From positions 12,163 to 76,162 of the forward strand of contig JADFYJ010000009.1 of NCBI GenBank assembly GCA_015233115.1: 64,000 nt of DNA, read 5' to 3'. The translations under genes and the position numbers were made by a program. The notes beneath the pieces are model-generated. The model worked only from the letters and a program-made list of their open reading frames with translations. It was not told the DNA's origin and ran no database searches. The stretch is from Candidatus Omnitrophota bacterium (GTDB lineage: Bacteria; Omnitrophota; Gorgyraeia; Zapsychrales; Zapsychraceae). Of the stretch, positions 27,661 through 36,768 are shown piece after piece (the first letter of the stretch is position 1; each line of letters starts with the position of its first letter).

Positions 27661-29244
27661 ATGACTATTATGTTTAAACTTTTTACTAACAAAAAATTTA
27701 TCACCTTTTGCCTTTTGGGCGTTTGTTTAATCGGCGCAACATTTCGTCTTTGGCATATTACGGCTAATAATTTTTTTAATTACGACGAGGCAGTCTGGAT
27801 GGGGAGGATTCGTCCAATTACTGACGTTATTTTTAAATTTCGTCCTTTTAATCATTCGCAATTTTGGGAGAGTTTTAACACATTGGGTTCTGTGGCATTA
27901 AAAACTGATAAAGCATTATGGACTTTTGTTTTAGGTTGTCGGGCGTATTTTACTCTTCCACAAAGTTGGTTTTTTCCAAGAATGGTCTCTGCCATATTTG
28001 GTATTTTAAGCTTCTTTATGGTTTACTGTTTTGCTAACAAATATTTTAGCCAAAATGTCGCGCGATGGAGTGTTTTTATTTTCGCGCTATTGCCGGGTCA
28101 GGTTTATTATTCCCGATTGGGGATACAAGAAAGCATGGTGATATTTTTATTTTTAACGGGAGTTTATTTTTATTTATTTCGCTGTCGCTGGTGGCAGCAA
28201 GCTTTATTTTCCGGATTTTTTTGGGGTTGTGTTTTTTTGGCGGATTACCGCATGATTATTATTCCGGGACTGATTTTGTTCGCGGAAGCATATTGGGGGT
28301 TGGTTGAAAAAAAAGGATTTCAGAGTCGGCGGTATATCTGGAGTATGGTGGTCTTTGGGGTAATTATTTTTGGTGTCGGGAGCCTCAATCACGGGGCCAA
28401 TACATTTGTTACGTTTGCCTGGATGTTTCATCAACAAAATTTATCACACGGCACATTTGAAATTTTTAATTTACTATCTTATCCATATTATTTGTTCCGC
28501 CTGGAAAGCGTTTTTTGGGGATGTTTATTTTTTGCCAATATATATTTTTTGATAAAACGTCAATGGCATATGGCTTTTCCTTTTATGTTTGTTATTTTAG
28601 TGATGTTAATTTTTTCTTTTCCTCAAGAAAAGGGCGTTCGTTATGTGTGTTTTGCCATGCCTTTTATGGTTATAGCCGGCGCGTTGATGGTGGATCAGTT
28701 AATGGCGAATAGATCGCGCACAGTTAAAATTTTATTAGGTATTTTTTTATTATTCATGAGTATTGATCATTTTAAAAAGGATTTGGCCATTGCTGGCGCT
28801 GAAACTGCGTACGAGGAAAGTGTCATCGCGATAAAAAATACAGCAGGCTCTAACGCGAAGTTTATTTCCAGCCAGGATGTGATTCAGGCTTTGTTTATGG
28901 ATGACCCGGAATCTGCCATGCCCGTTTATAACAATGTCAATTATTTTGTGCAGTTGTATCAACACGGTTATCGGTATTTGATTATTGAGCCCCAAGCGTA
29001 TGTGTCATTTACTGAGGACACCAAACGATTTAGTCCTAAATTAATCGGGCCTTTAAATTTCGCGTTAACACAATTGAAACCTGTATGGGTATATCCGCAT
29101 TTTAGTTCCATTATGCTGGAGCGGTTTGTCCTGGAACACAACGAAAACCTCACGCGATCAATTCAATTTTTACATGATGATCAAAATAATCACTATCATT
29201 GTTTACGGGTTTATGAGCTAAAAAATTTTTTTGGTAAATTATGA
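27661..29244 (+). CDS. Polytopic membrane glycosyltransferase-like protein (GT-C / PMT-ArnT family)
   Basis: About 11 predicted TM helices with a periplasmic C-terminal domain. Fold-level call only. Confidence 0.55.
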   Translation: MTIMFKLFTNKKFITFCLLGVCLIGATFRLWHITANNFFNYDEAVWMGRIRPITDVIFKFRPFNHSQFWESFNTLGSVALKTDKALWTFVLGCRAYFTLPQSWFFPRMVSAIFGILSFFMVYCFANKYFSQNVARWSVFIFALLPGQVYYSRLGIQESMVIFLFLTGVYFYLFRCRWWQQALFSGFFWGCVFLADYRMIIIPGLILFAEAYWGLVEKKGFQSRRYIWSMVVFGVIIFGVGSLNHGANTFVTFAWMFHQQNLSHGTFEIFNLLSYPYYLFRLESVFWGCLFFANIYFLIKRQWHMAFPFMFVILVMLIFSFPQEKGVRYVCFAMPFMVIAGALMVDQLMANRSRTVKILLGIFLLFMSIDHFKKDLAIAGAETAYEESVIAIKNTAGSNAKFISSQDVIQALFMDDPESAMPVYNNVNYFVQLYQHGYRYLIIEPQAYVSFTEDTKRFSPKLIGPLNFALTQLKPVWVYPHFSSIMLERFVLEHNENLTRSIQFLHDDQNNHYHCLRVYELKNFFGKL

Positions 29245-30254
29245 AAAAATTTATTTTAATAATTACTATTGTCATTATCGTCCTAGTCGCCTATCTTGTT
29301 TTACCTAAAACATATTCTCAGACTCGTTCGATGATGGGCTCCTATGTCCGCATCGATATATGCTCAAATTGGCCTGCTGCAAAGATTAATCAGATTTATA
29401 GTGAAATCTGGAAAGGGATTAATGAGCGGGTTCAGCGGTTTGATAAATATTCTGCGAATAGTGAGATTTCGATAATTAATAGGTCGTTTCCAGATCCGGT
29501 AAAAATTTCCGATGATCTTTATGAATTACTTAACACTTCGGTTCAATTTTCTCAGTTGACCCAAGGCGGTTTTGATATTACAGTCGAACCATTGATCGGG
29601 ATTTGGAAAAAAGCTGAAGAAAAAAATATCCTACCTTCTGCGGATGATATATCAATAGCAGTGGCGGCGATAGGCAGTAATGCCCTTAATCTTATGGGTA
29701 ATGATATGGTCCGATTACGGAACCCCATTGTAAAATTAGATGTGGGCGGTATTGCGAAAGGCTATATTGTCGATTGGGTGGTTAGTGACTTGCATGAGCA
29801 TGGTCTTAAAAATTTTTTAGTTGATGCCAGTGGAAATATGTACGCATCGGGTATTAATAGTAGTTATAAACCGTGGACCATTGGTATTGAAGATCCTCAT
29901 TCAAATATGGCGGCTCTGGCCGTTATTCGATTATCTGATGAAGCCATTTCAACTTCAGGAGACGAGCATCGATATTATAATATTAATGGGAAGCATTATT
30001 CACACATCATTAACCCGCATACCGGACAACCAGTTTTAAATATGAGCAGTGTGACTGTGTTGGCCCCGACCGCAGGCGCTGCGGATGCGTTGTCGACAGG
30101 GCTAAGCGTGCTGGGTGTGGCTGATGGATTAGCTTTGATCGAGTCATTGGGACCAGGTTATGCTTGTTTTATATTGACCATGAATGGTACAGATCGTCAG
30201 ACATTTTTTTCAAGTCATTATAAAGATTTCAATCAAAAAGGCGAGAGGCTATAG
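29241..30254 (+). CDS. apbE: FAD:protein FMN transferase (ApbE family), membrane-anchored
   Basis: LDVGGIAKGYIVD and DASGN motifs. N-terminal TM anchor. Confidence 0.85.
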   Translation: MKKFILIITIVIIVLVAYLVLPKTYSQTRSMMGSYVRIDICSNWPAAKINQIYSEIWKGINERVQRFDKYSANSEISIINRSFPDPVKISDDLYELLNTSVQFSQLTQGGFDITVEPLIGIWKKAEEKNILPSADDISIAVAAIGSNALNLMGNDMVRLRNPIVKLDVGGIAKGYIVDWVVSDLHEHGLKNFLVDASGNMYASGINSSYKPWTIGIEDPHSNMAALAVIRLSDEAISTSGDEHRYYNINGKHYSHIINPHTGQPVLNMSSVTVLAPTAGAADALSTGLSVLGVADGLALIESLGPGYACFILTMNGTDRQTFFSSHYKDFNQKGERL

Positions 30255-30454
30255 GCGATAGGCAATTAAAATTATTTTATTTATTTGTTATTTAAAATGG
30301 TTTTTTTGAAAAACGATTAATGCGCACGGTTAGGAGATCGTAAATAACATAATTATCGCTTTTTTATCATTTGTCTTTTATAATTTATTTTCAATCATTC
30401 GTTAGGTGCAGTTATACTTTTTTCGTTTTTTTGTAATCGTTTATGTGCTTTTTC

Positions 30455-30495
30455 GTAGGGGCGATCTCCTGATCGCCCGTTACAAAATTATCGCA
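30455..30495 (+). repeat. GC-rich hairpin repeat (REP-A family) upstream of thyA
   Basis: GTAGGGGCGATCTCCTGATCGCCCGTTACAAAATTATCG. 8-bp stem GGGCGATC/GATCGCCC. Confidence 0.7.
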
Positions 30496-30552
30496 TTTTA
30501 AATCAATCATTTTTTCCTATGGCCTATAGCCTATTTTTAAAAAAGGACTTTT

Positions 30553-31368
30553 ATGCGACAATATTTAGATTTAGTCCAACATGTGCTCGATAACGGGGAA
30601 AAGAAAGAAGACCGTACGGGCGTGGGGACGATTTCTGTTTTTGGATATCAAATGCGATTTGATTTGAGACAGGGGTTTCCGATCGTCACCACCAAAAAAG
30701 TTTTATTTTCTGCTGTGGTTCGGGAATTGGTTTGGTTTTTAAAAGGTTCAACCAATATCAACGATGACCTCACCCAATTTACCCCCATCTGGGACGCCTG
30801 GGCCAAAGAAAATGGGGAGTTGGGTCCTGTTTATGGTTATCAATGGCGTAAGTGGGATAAATTTATGCCTGATACGACTGGGCATAACTATCAACCAAGC
30901 CATGTTGATCAAATTTCAAATGTGATTGAAATGATTAAAAAAACACCTGATTCCCGTCGTTTAATTGTGAGCGCGTGGAATGTGGCAGACATTGATCGTA
31001 TGGCTTTGCCGCCGTGTCATGCATTTTTTCAATTTTATGTTGTGAATGGCCGTTTGGATTGTCAACTCTACCAGCGTTCTGCGGATATTGCTTTGGGAGT
31101 ACCATTTAATATTTCCAGCTACGCGCTGTTGTTGGCTATGGTGGCGCAGGAATGTGGTTTGATTGCGGGTTTTTTTGTCCATACTTTAGGGGATGCCCAT
31201 ATTTATTTAAATCATATTGAAGGTTTGAAAGAACAGTTGAAACGGGTTCCTAAAAATTTACCTTTACTTCATGTGGCGAATAAAAAAGTTTTAGATTTGA
31301 AGTTTGAAGATATTGAATTGAGGGGTTACGAACATGCTCCGTTTATAAAATTTCCAATTGCCGTATGA
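30553..31368 (+). CDS. thyA: Thymidylate synthase
   Basis: [11 protein letters not shown] active-site region. 271 aa. Confidence 0.95.
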   Translation: MRQYLDLVQHVLDNGEKKEDRTGVGTISVFGYQMRFDLRQGFPIVTTKKVLFSAVVRELVWFLKGSTNINDDLTQFTPIWDAWAKENGELGPVYGYQWRKWDKFMPDTTGHNYQPSHVDQISNVIEMIKKTPDSRRLIVSAWNVADIDRMALPPCHAFFQFYVVNGRLDCQLYQRSADIALGVPFNISSYALLLAMVAQECGLIAGFFVHTLGDAHIYLNHIEGLKEQLKRVPKNLPLLHVANKKVLDLKFEDIELRGYEHAPFIKFPIAV

Positions 31369-31462
31369 TAAAATGCGGTATATTTTGTGTTTTACTGTTA
31401 AATTTTCTGTTTTGCTACATACGACATGCTACGTACTACATGCTTTTTAGATTAGGAGATTA

Positions 31463-32020
31463 ATGATGAAATCCTTTAGTATTGTTGTCGCTATTGATCA
31501 AAATCGTGGAATTGGTAAGGAAGGAGCTCTTCCTTGGCATATTCCTGAAGATTTGGGATATTTTAAGCAGATTACCTCCTTTACTGTAAAGCCTGATTTG
31601 AAAAATGCGGTTATTATGGGGCGTAAGACTTGGGAATCGATCCCTGAACGTTTCCGACCATTAAAGGGAAGGGTTAATGTCGTAGTATCCAGAAATGATC
31701 AGCTGGTTTTACCAGGAGGTGTTTTTCGTGCTGAAAATGTTGACCATGCTTTGCGAATTTTAGATCAGGAGCAAATCATTGCGGATATTTTTGTCATTGG
31801 CGGTCAACAGATTTATGAACAGACGGTTAAACATCCGCGTTGCGAGAAGCTATATATTACGCGTATTAATAAAATTTTTGATTGTTCAGTATTTTTTCCT
31901 GTTTTTGAAGATAAGTTTTCCTGTTTTTTAATCGCCCCTATGCGTTATTCTGTGGATACTCCCTTTCAATTTACAATATATAAGACTTGGGCTACCCCGT
32001 CGACAAAACTGCAGCAATAA
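31463..32020 (+). CDS. folA: Dihydrofolate reductase
   Basis: MGRKTWESIP and VIGGQQIYEQ motifs. Located immediately downstream of thyA. Confidence 0.9.
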   Translation: MMKSFSIVVAIDQNRGIGKEGALPWHIPEDLGYFKQITSFTVKPDLKNAVIMGRKTWESIPERFRPLKGRVNVVVSRNDQLVLPGGVFRAENVDHALRILDQEQIIADIFVIGGQQIYEQTVKHPRCEKLYITRINKIFDCSVFFPVFEDKFSCFLIAPMRYSVDTPFQFTIYKTWATPSTKLQQ

Positions 32021-32294
32021 GACTTAGGACTTATTAGTTAAATTTTTTTATCTAAAATGTAATCGCTTTCTTTTAAAAAATAATTGTTGTAAGTCTATAT
32101 ATTTCAATGTGTTTTATTTTTGAGTTTGAAATTTTTTCAAAAATATATTGTTTTGGCGCTGTTTTTATTTAAATTTATGTTTTATAATTTTGATAAGCCA
32201 GAACACATTAAAGACGAAAAATTAAATTTTGTACGAGACTATTCTCGTGTTTTATATAATTTTGGATGAGCCAAAATAGTTTTAGAGGAGGCGT

Positions 32295-33479
32295 ATGCTC
32301 CAAAGTAAAACAAAACGGCATATCCTGATCGTCGATGATAATACAGCCGTCGCGGCTATGCTCAAAATGCTGCTTTTTTCCAGGGGTTTTGAGGTTGTCA
32401 TAGCTAAATCTGCCGCGACTATGTTTGAACAGATTTCTCCAGCCAGGACAGATCTTATACTCATGGATATTCTTTTGCCCAATGAAAATGGTTTGGATGT
32501 TCTTCGAGAATTAAAGGCTGATACACATACTCAAAATATTCCAGTTGTCATTTTAAGCGCTAAATCTTCCCAAACGGATATTATTGATGCTTTGTATTCC
32601 GGAGCAGAGGATTATTTAACTAAACCATTTAAATTTGAAGAATTGCTAGCTCGGTTGGAAGCCATTTTGCGGCGTTCCCAGTTTTATAGTGGCAATAATT
32701 CGGCGCGGCATGAAGATTGCGTCATATCTCAGATTCGGGAAATTATTGATAATGAGTTAATGGTTTCTTTTTATCAGCCCATATTTTTATTGGGGAGTTG
32801 CAAAATATATGGATTTGAAGCGTTAGCCCGTCCACAAACGACCGGACTGTTGGCTAATCCGGAAATTCTTTTTAAATGGGCCATGCAATATGGGTTTTAT
32901 TCTGATTTGGAAATGCTATCCTGGCAGATGGCAGTAAAAGCGGCTAGAGAAAAGATTGGTAATAAAAAATTATTTTTAAATTGCAGTCCATTTTGGGTTG
33001 AAGATACCCGGTTTATAGAAGTTAATTCTATTTTTAAAGATACAGGAATTAAGCCGGAAGGCGTAGTATTAGAAATTACGGAACGCTCTGCGATATCAAA
33101 TGACGATCGTTTTTTTGAACATTTGGCCATTTACCGGGATAATGGTTTTAGTTTTGCGGTTGACGATGTGGGAAGCGGATACGCTAGTTTGGAATCAATT
33201 GTCAGAACGCGCCCGGAAGTTTTAAAGATTGATCGGCATATTGTGACCAATATTTTTAAAGATCCTATCAAAATGAGTATCGTCAGATTTATTGTTCGTT
33301 TTTGTCAGGAAAACCATATACTTTCTATTGCGGAAGGGGTAGAAAAAAAAGAAGAGTTGACTGCTGTTAAACAATTAGGTGTTGATGCTGTTCAAGGTTA
33401 TTATCTTGCCAAACCATCCAATCAAATTGATCTGGAAGACATGGAGCGCTCCGTGTTCGACCGGATAGCCATCGCGTAA
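32295..33479 (+). CDS. Response regulator with EAL domain (c-di-GMP phosphodiesterase)
   Basis: REC domain (ILIVDD ... LILMDILLP). EAL motif YGFEALARP plus DDVGSGY. GAGGAGG RBS upstream. Confidence 0.85.
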   Translation: MLQSKTKRHILIVDDNTAVAAMLKMLLFSRGFEVVIAKSAATMFEQISPARTDLILMDILLPNENGLDVLRELKADTHTQNIPVVILSAKSSQTDIIDALYSGAEDYLTKPFKFEELLARLEAILRRSQFYSGNNSARHEDCVISQIREIIDNELMVSFYQPIFLLGSCKIYGFEALARPQTTGLLANPEILFKWAMQYGFYSDLEMLSWQMAVKAAREKIGNKKLFLNCSPFWVEDTRFIEVNSIFKDTGIKPEGVVLEITERSAISNDDRFFEHLAIYRDNGFSFAVDDVGSGYASLESIVRTRPEVLKIDRHIVTNIFKDPIKMSIVRFIVRFCQENHILSIAEGVEKKEELTAVKQLGVDAVQGYYLAKPSNQIDLEDMERSVFDRIAIA

Positions 33480-33702
33480 AACATGTAACAATGCAAAATC
33501 GGATAATCGTAAAGCGATTTGTTCCTAATAATCGGCTGTTACCAAATTAATGCTTTTGTATTTATATTTGAATCAATTCACTATTATTTTGAATTTTTAA
33601 TAATTGTATATAAAATAAAATAAATGGTTTTTTGAGTTAATCAGTTTTTTTGTTTTATCGTTTTTTCATTTTCGCATTGTCAAGTTTTTAAAAGGGGTTC
33701 CC

Positions 33703-34671
33703 ATGGCGAGTGTATTATTTTTATTGTTGATTATCATCGTTGCCGCGGCATTATGTGCTGTTTCCGAAGCGGCGTTGTTAAGTTTATCTTCGATTAAAGT
33801 GAGACTCATGGTCGAAGATAATAAGCCCAATTCTAAAGATTTATTTTTTTTGAAGGAAAATATTTCGCAGTCCATTGCGTCGATTGTTATTCTTAACAAT
33901 ATTATTACTATTGTTGGATCGATTTTTATTGGTGAATTGGTGGTTATTCGATTTGGGAATAAATGGCTGGGATGGACATCTGCCATTGTGACCATGTTGA
34001 TCATTGTATGCGGCGAGATTGTGCCTAAGACTTTTGGAGAGCGGTATAAAGAAACGATTGGTTTAATTATTGCCAAACCATTCCGTTTTATTGTTTGGGT
34101 TTTAAAACCTGTGGTTTTTTTAACCACGCAATTATCTAAGCCTTTTATTGAAGGCAAGACTGCGCCGCGGGTAACGGAAAAAGAAATTCGAGCGATGTTG
34201 TCATTGGCCCGGAAAGAAGGCACAGTTGAGAGGGACGAAGAGATTTTGTGTCATCGGGTGTTTAAATTGAATGATGTGAGGGCTGTTCATATTATGCGGC
34301 CTATTGATAGTATTTTCGCTTTTTCTGCGGATAAGTCACTGGAAAATTTAAAAGATGAGATTATCAACGCGCGCTATAGCCGGATTGCTGTGTATGATAA
34401 AGATCCGGCAGATATTGTGGGAATGGTTCAGCATCGAGTTTTGTTAAGGGAAATAGCTAAAGATAATTATAAAGCAACAGTTAGGGATTTTATGGTGCCT
34501 CCAATTTTTGTGAATTGGTTTATCCGCGCGGATGAACTGTTGGAAAAATTTCAGGCCTATCATCAGCATTTATTTGTAGTACAAGATTCACAAGGGAAAG
34601 ACGTGGGCTTGGTTTCGATGGAAGATGTTTTGGAAGAACTGTTTGGGGAGATTTTTGATGAAAAAGGGTGA
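33703..34671 (+). CDS. CNNM/CorC-family transporter-associated protein (DUF21 plus CBS pair plus CorC_HlyC)
   Basis: Four N-terminal TM helices, tandem CBS motifs and a C-terminal transporter-associated domain. Confidence 0.75.
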   Translation: MASVLFLLLIIIVAAALCAVSEAALLSLSSIKVRLMVEDNKPNSKDLFFLKENISQSIASIVILNNIITIVGSIFIGELVVIRFGNKWLGWTSAIVTMLIIVCGEIVPKTFGERYKETIGLIIAKPFRFIVWVLKPVVFLTTQLSKPFIEGKTAPRVTEKEIRAMLSLARKEGTVERDEEILCHRVFKLNDVRAVHIMRPIDSIFAFSADKSLENLKDEIINARYSRIAVYDKDPADIVGMVQHRVLLREIAKDNYKATVRDFMVPPIFVNWFIRADELLEKFQAYHQHLFVVQDSQGKDVGLVSMEDVLEELFGEIFDEKG

Positions 34672-34701
34672 GAAAAAAAATAATTTGGTGTTTTGGTTTT
34701 T

Positions 34702-34710
34702 TGTGTTATA
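34702..34710 (+). promoter_or_regulatory. Extended -10 element upstream of glgB
   Basis: TGTTATAAT (TGnTATAAT), 67 nt before the glgB ATG. Confidence 0.35.
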
Positions 34711-34776
34711 ATCGAATCTTAACTTATTGTCATTATTTGACTTAATGAATGTTTTATTGACGTTTTTGGGGGAAAA

Positions 34777-36762
34777 ATGGCCAATGTAATTCCGCATAGT
34801 CTCTTAACTGAGCAAGACATTTACCTATTTAAAGAAGGCAGTCATTTCCGCCTCTATGAACACCTTGGTGCCCGATTATTGAATGTTAATGGGCAAGATG
34901 GGGCGTTTTTCGCTGTTTGGGCTCCCAATGCGAAATTTGTTTCTGTAGTTGGCAGTTTTAATGGTTGGAATAGAGCCGAACATCCTTTAAATGTGCGGTG
35001 GGATTGTTCCGGTATTTGGGAAGGTTTTATTCCTGGGGTCAAGCAGGGGGACATATATAAATTTTATATGGAATCTCTGCAACACAATTTTAAGACAGAG
35101 AAAAAAGATCCTTTTGGCTCATTTAGCGAGAAGCCTCCGCAAACTGCGTCTATGGTTTGGGATCTGAGTTATACTTGGGAAGATTCCGCGTGGATGGCTA
35201 ATCGCGGCAAACGCAATGCTTTAAACGCGCCTTTTTCTGTTTATGAAATGCATTTAGGTTCTTGGCGAAAGAAACCTGAAGAGAACAACCGTTATCTTAC
35301 CTATACTGAAATTGCGGAACAATTAATTCCCTACATTAAAGAAATGGGTTTTACGCACGTTGAATTCATGCCTGTTATGGATCACCCGTTTTATCAGTCA
35401 TGGGGCTATCAAGTGCTGGGTTATTTTGGCCCAACTCCTTTTTATGGCACACCGCAGGAATTAATGTCTTTGATAGATCAGCTCCACCAAAATGACATAG
35501 GGGTTATTTTAGATTGGGTGCCGTCGCATTTTCCGTTTGACGCGCACGGATTATATTTTTTTGACGGATCACATGTGTATGAGCATAGTGACCCCAGAAA
35601 AGGCGTGCATCCTGACTGGAATTGCTGTGTATTTAATAATGGACGAAATGAAGTTAAAGAATTTTTGATTTCGAGCGCGTTATTTTGGCTGGATAAATAT
35701 CATGCGGATGGTTTAAGGGTTGATGCGGTCGCGTCCATGTTGTATTTGGATTATTCTCGTCAACATGGCGCATGGTCACCGAATATTTATGGCGGGAACG
35801 AAAATCTGGAATCTATTGTTTTTATTAGGGCGCTCAATGAAAATGTTTATAAATTTTATCCTGACACGCAAATGATCGCTGAAGAGTCAACCGCTTGGGG
35901 TAATGTGTCTCGCCCCACAGTCAATGGAGGGCTTGGATTCGGTATGAAGTGGAACATGGGCTGGATGCATGACACTCTCGAGTATTTTAAAAAAGATCCG
36001 GTTTACCGTAAGTATCATCAAAATGAGCTCACTTTTAGTATGCTTTACGCGTATACTGAAAATTTTTTACTTTCATTGTCGCATGATGAAGTGGTCCATG
36101 GCAAAGGTTCTTTATTAACTAAAATGCCGTGTGATGATTGGCAGAAATTCGCGAATTTACGAGCACTTTTGACTTATATGTACGCCCATCCGGGAAAGAA
36201 ACTTTTATTTATGGGTATTGAATTGGCCCAGCGTAATGAATGGAATAATAATGCGGCTTTGGATTGGCATTTACTTCAGCATGAATCTCATCGGGGCGTG
36301 CAGACATTGATGAAAGATATCAACCGGATATACCGATCTCAACCTGCGCTATATGAAGATGATTTTACGTTTAATGGTTTTGAATGGATCGATGCCGGGG
36401 ATTGGCAGAGGAGTATTGTTAGTTTTCTCCGTAAGGGTAAGCATAAAAAAGATACTGTTTTGGTGGTCTGTAATTTTACCCCATCGCCGCATTCCAATTA
36501 TAGGATAGGAGTTCCGGTTCCCGGTTTTTGGCAGGAAATTCTTAATTCAGATGCTAAAGAATATTGGGGCGCTGGAATGGGGAATATGGGAGGAGTGTTG
36601 TCGAAACCTGTCCCTCAGCATGGACGAAAACATAGTATAGCGCTTACATTACCACCGCTTAGTGTGGTCTATTATAAAAGACGCAGTCCTGTAATTGATC
36701 ATCCGTCATCAGCCGAGGATCCGGCAGATCTGACCTCATCGGACTCTTCGAAACACGCATAG
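34777..36762 (+). CDS. glgB: 1,4-alpha-glucan branching enzyme (GH13)
   Basis: GH13 catalytic regions DWVPSHF, GLRVDAVASM, EESTAW. An extended -10 TGTTATAAT sits at 34702-34710. Confidence 0.9.
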   Translation: MANVIPHSLLTEQDIYLFKEGSHFRLYEHLGARLLNVNGQDGAFFAVWAPNAKFVSVVGSFNGWNRAEHPLNVRWDCSGIWEGFIPGVKQGDIYKFYMESLQHNFKTEKKDPFGSFSEKPPQTASMVWDLSYTWEDSAWMANRGKRNALNAPFSVYEMHLGSWRKKPEENNRYLTYTEIAEQLIPYIKEMGFTHVEFMPVMDHPFYQSWGYQVLGYFGPTPFYGTPQELMSLIDQLHQNDIGVILDWVPSHFPFDAHGLYFFDGSHVYEHSDPRKGVHPDWNCCVFNNGRNEVKEFLISSALFWLDKYHADGLRVDAVASMLYLDYSRQHGAWSPNIYGGNENLESIVFIRALNENVYKFYPDTQMIAEESTAWGNVSRPTVNGGLGFGMKWNMGWMHDTLEYFKKDPVYRKYHQNELTFSMLYAYTENFLLSLSHDEVVHGKGSLLTKMPCDDWQKFANLRALLTYMYAHPGKKLLFMGIELAQRNEWNNNAALDWHLLQHESHRGVQTLMKDINRIYRSQPALYEDDFTFNGFEWIDAGDWQRSIVSFLRKGKHKKDTVLVVCNFTPSPHSNYRIGVPVPGFWQEILNSDAKEYWGAGMGNMGGVLSKPVPQHGRKHSIALTLPPLSVVYYKRRSPVIDHPSSAEDPADLTSSDSSKHA

Positions 36763-36768
36763 GTTTAT

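Noticed and set aside
33666-34223. 185-aa minus-strand ORF
   Set aside because: Antisense to the well-supported CNNM/CBS gene, with low-complexity composition.
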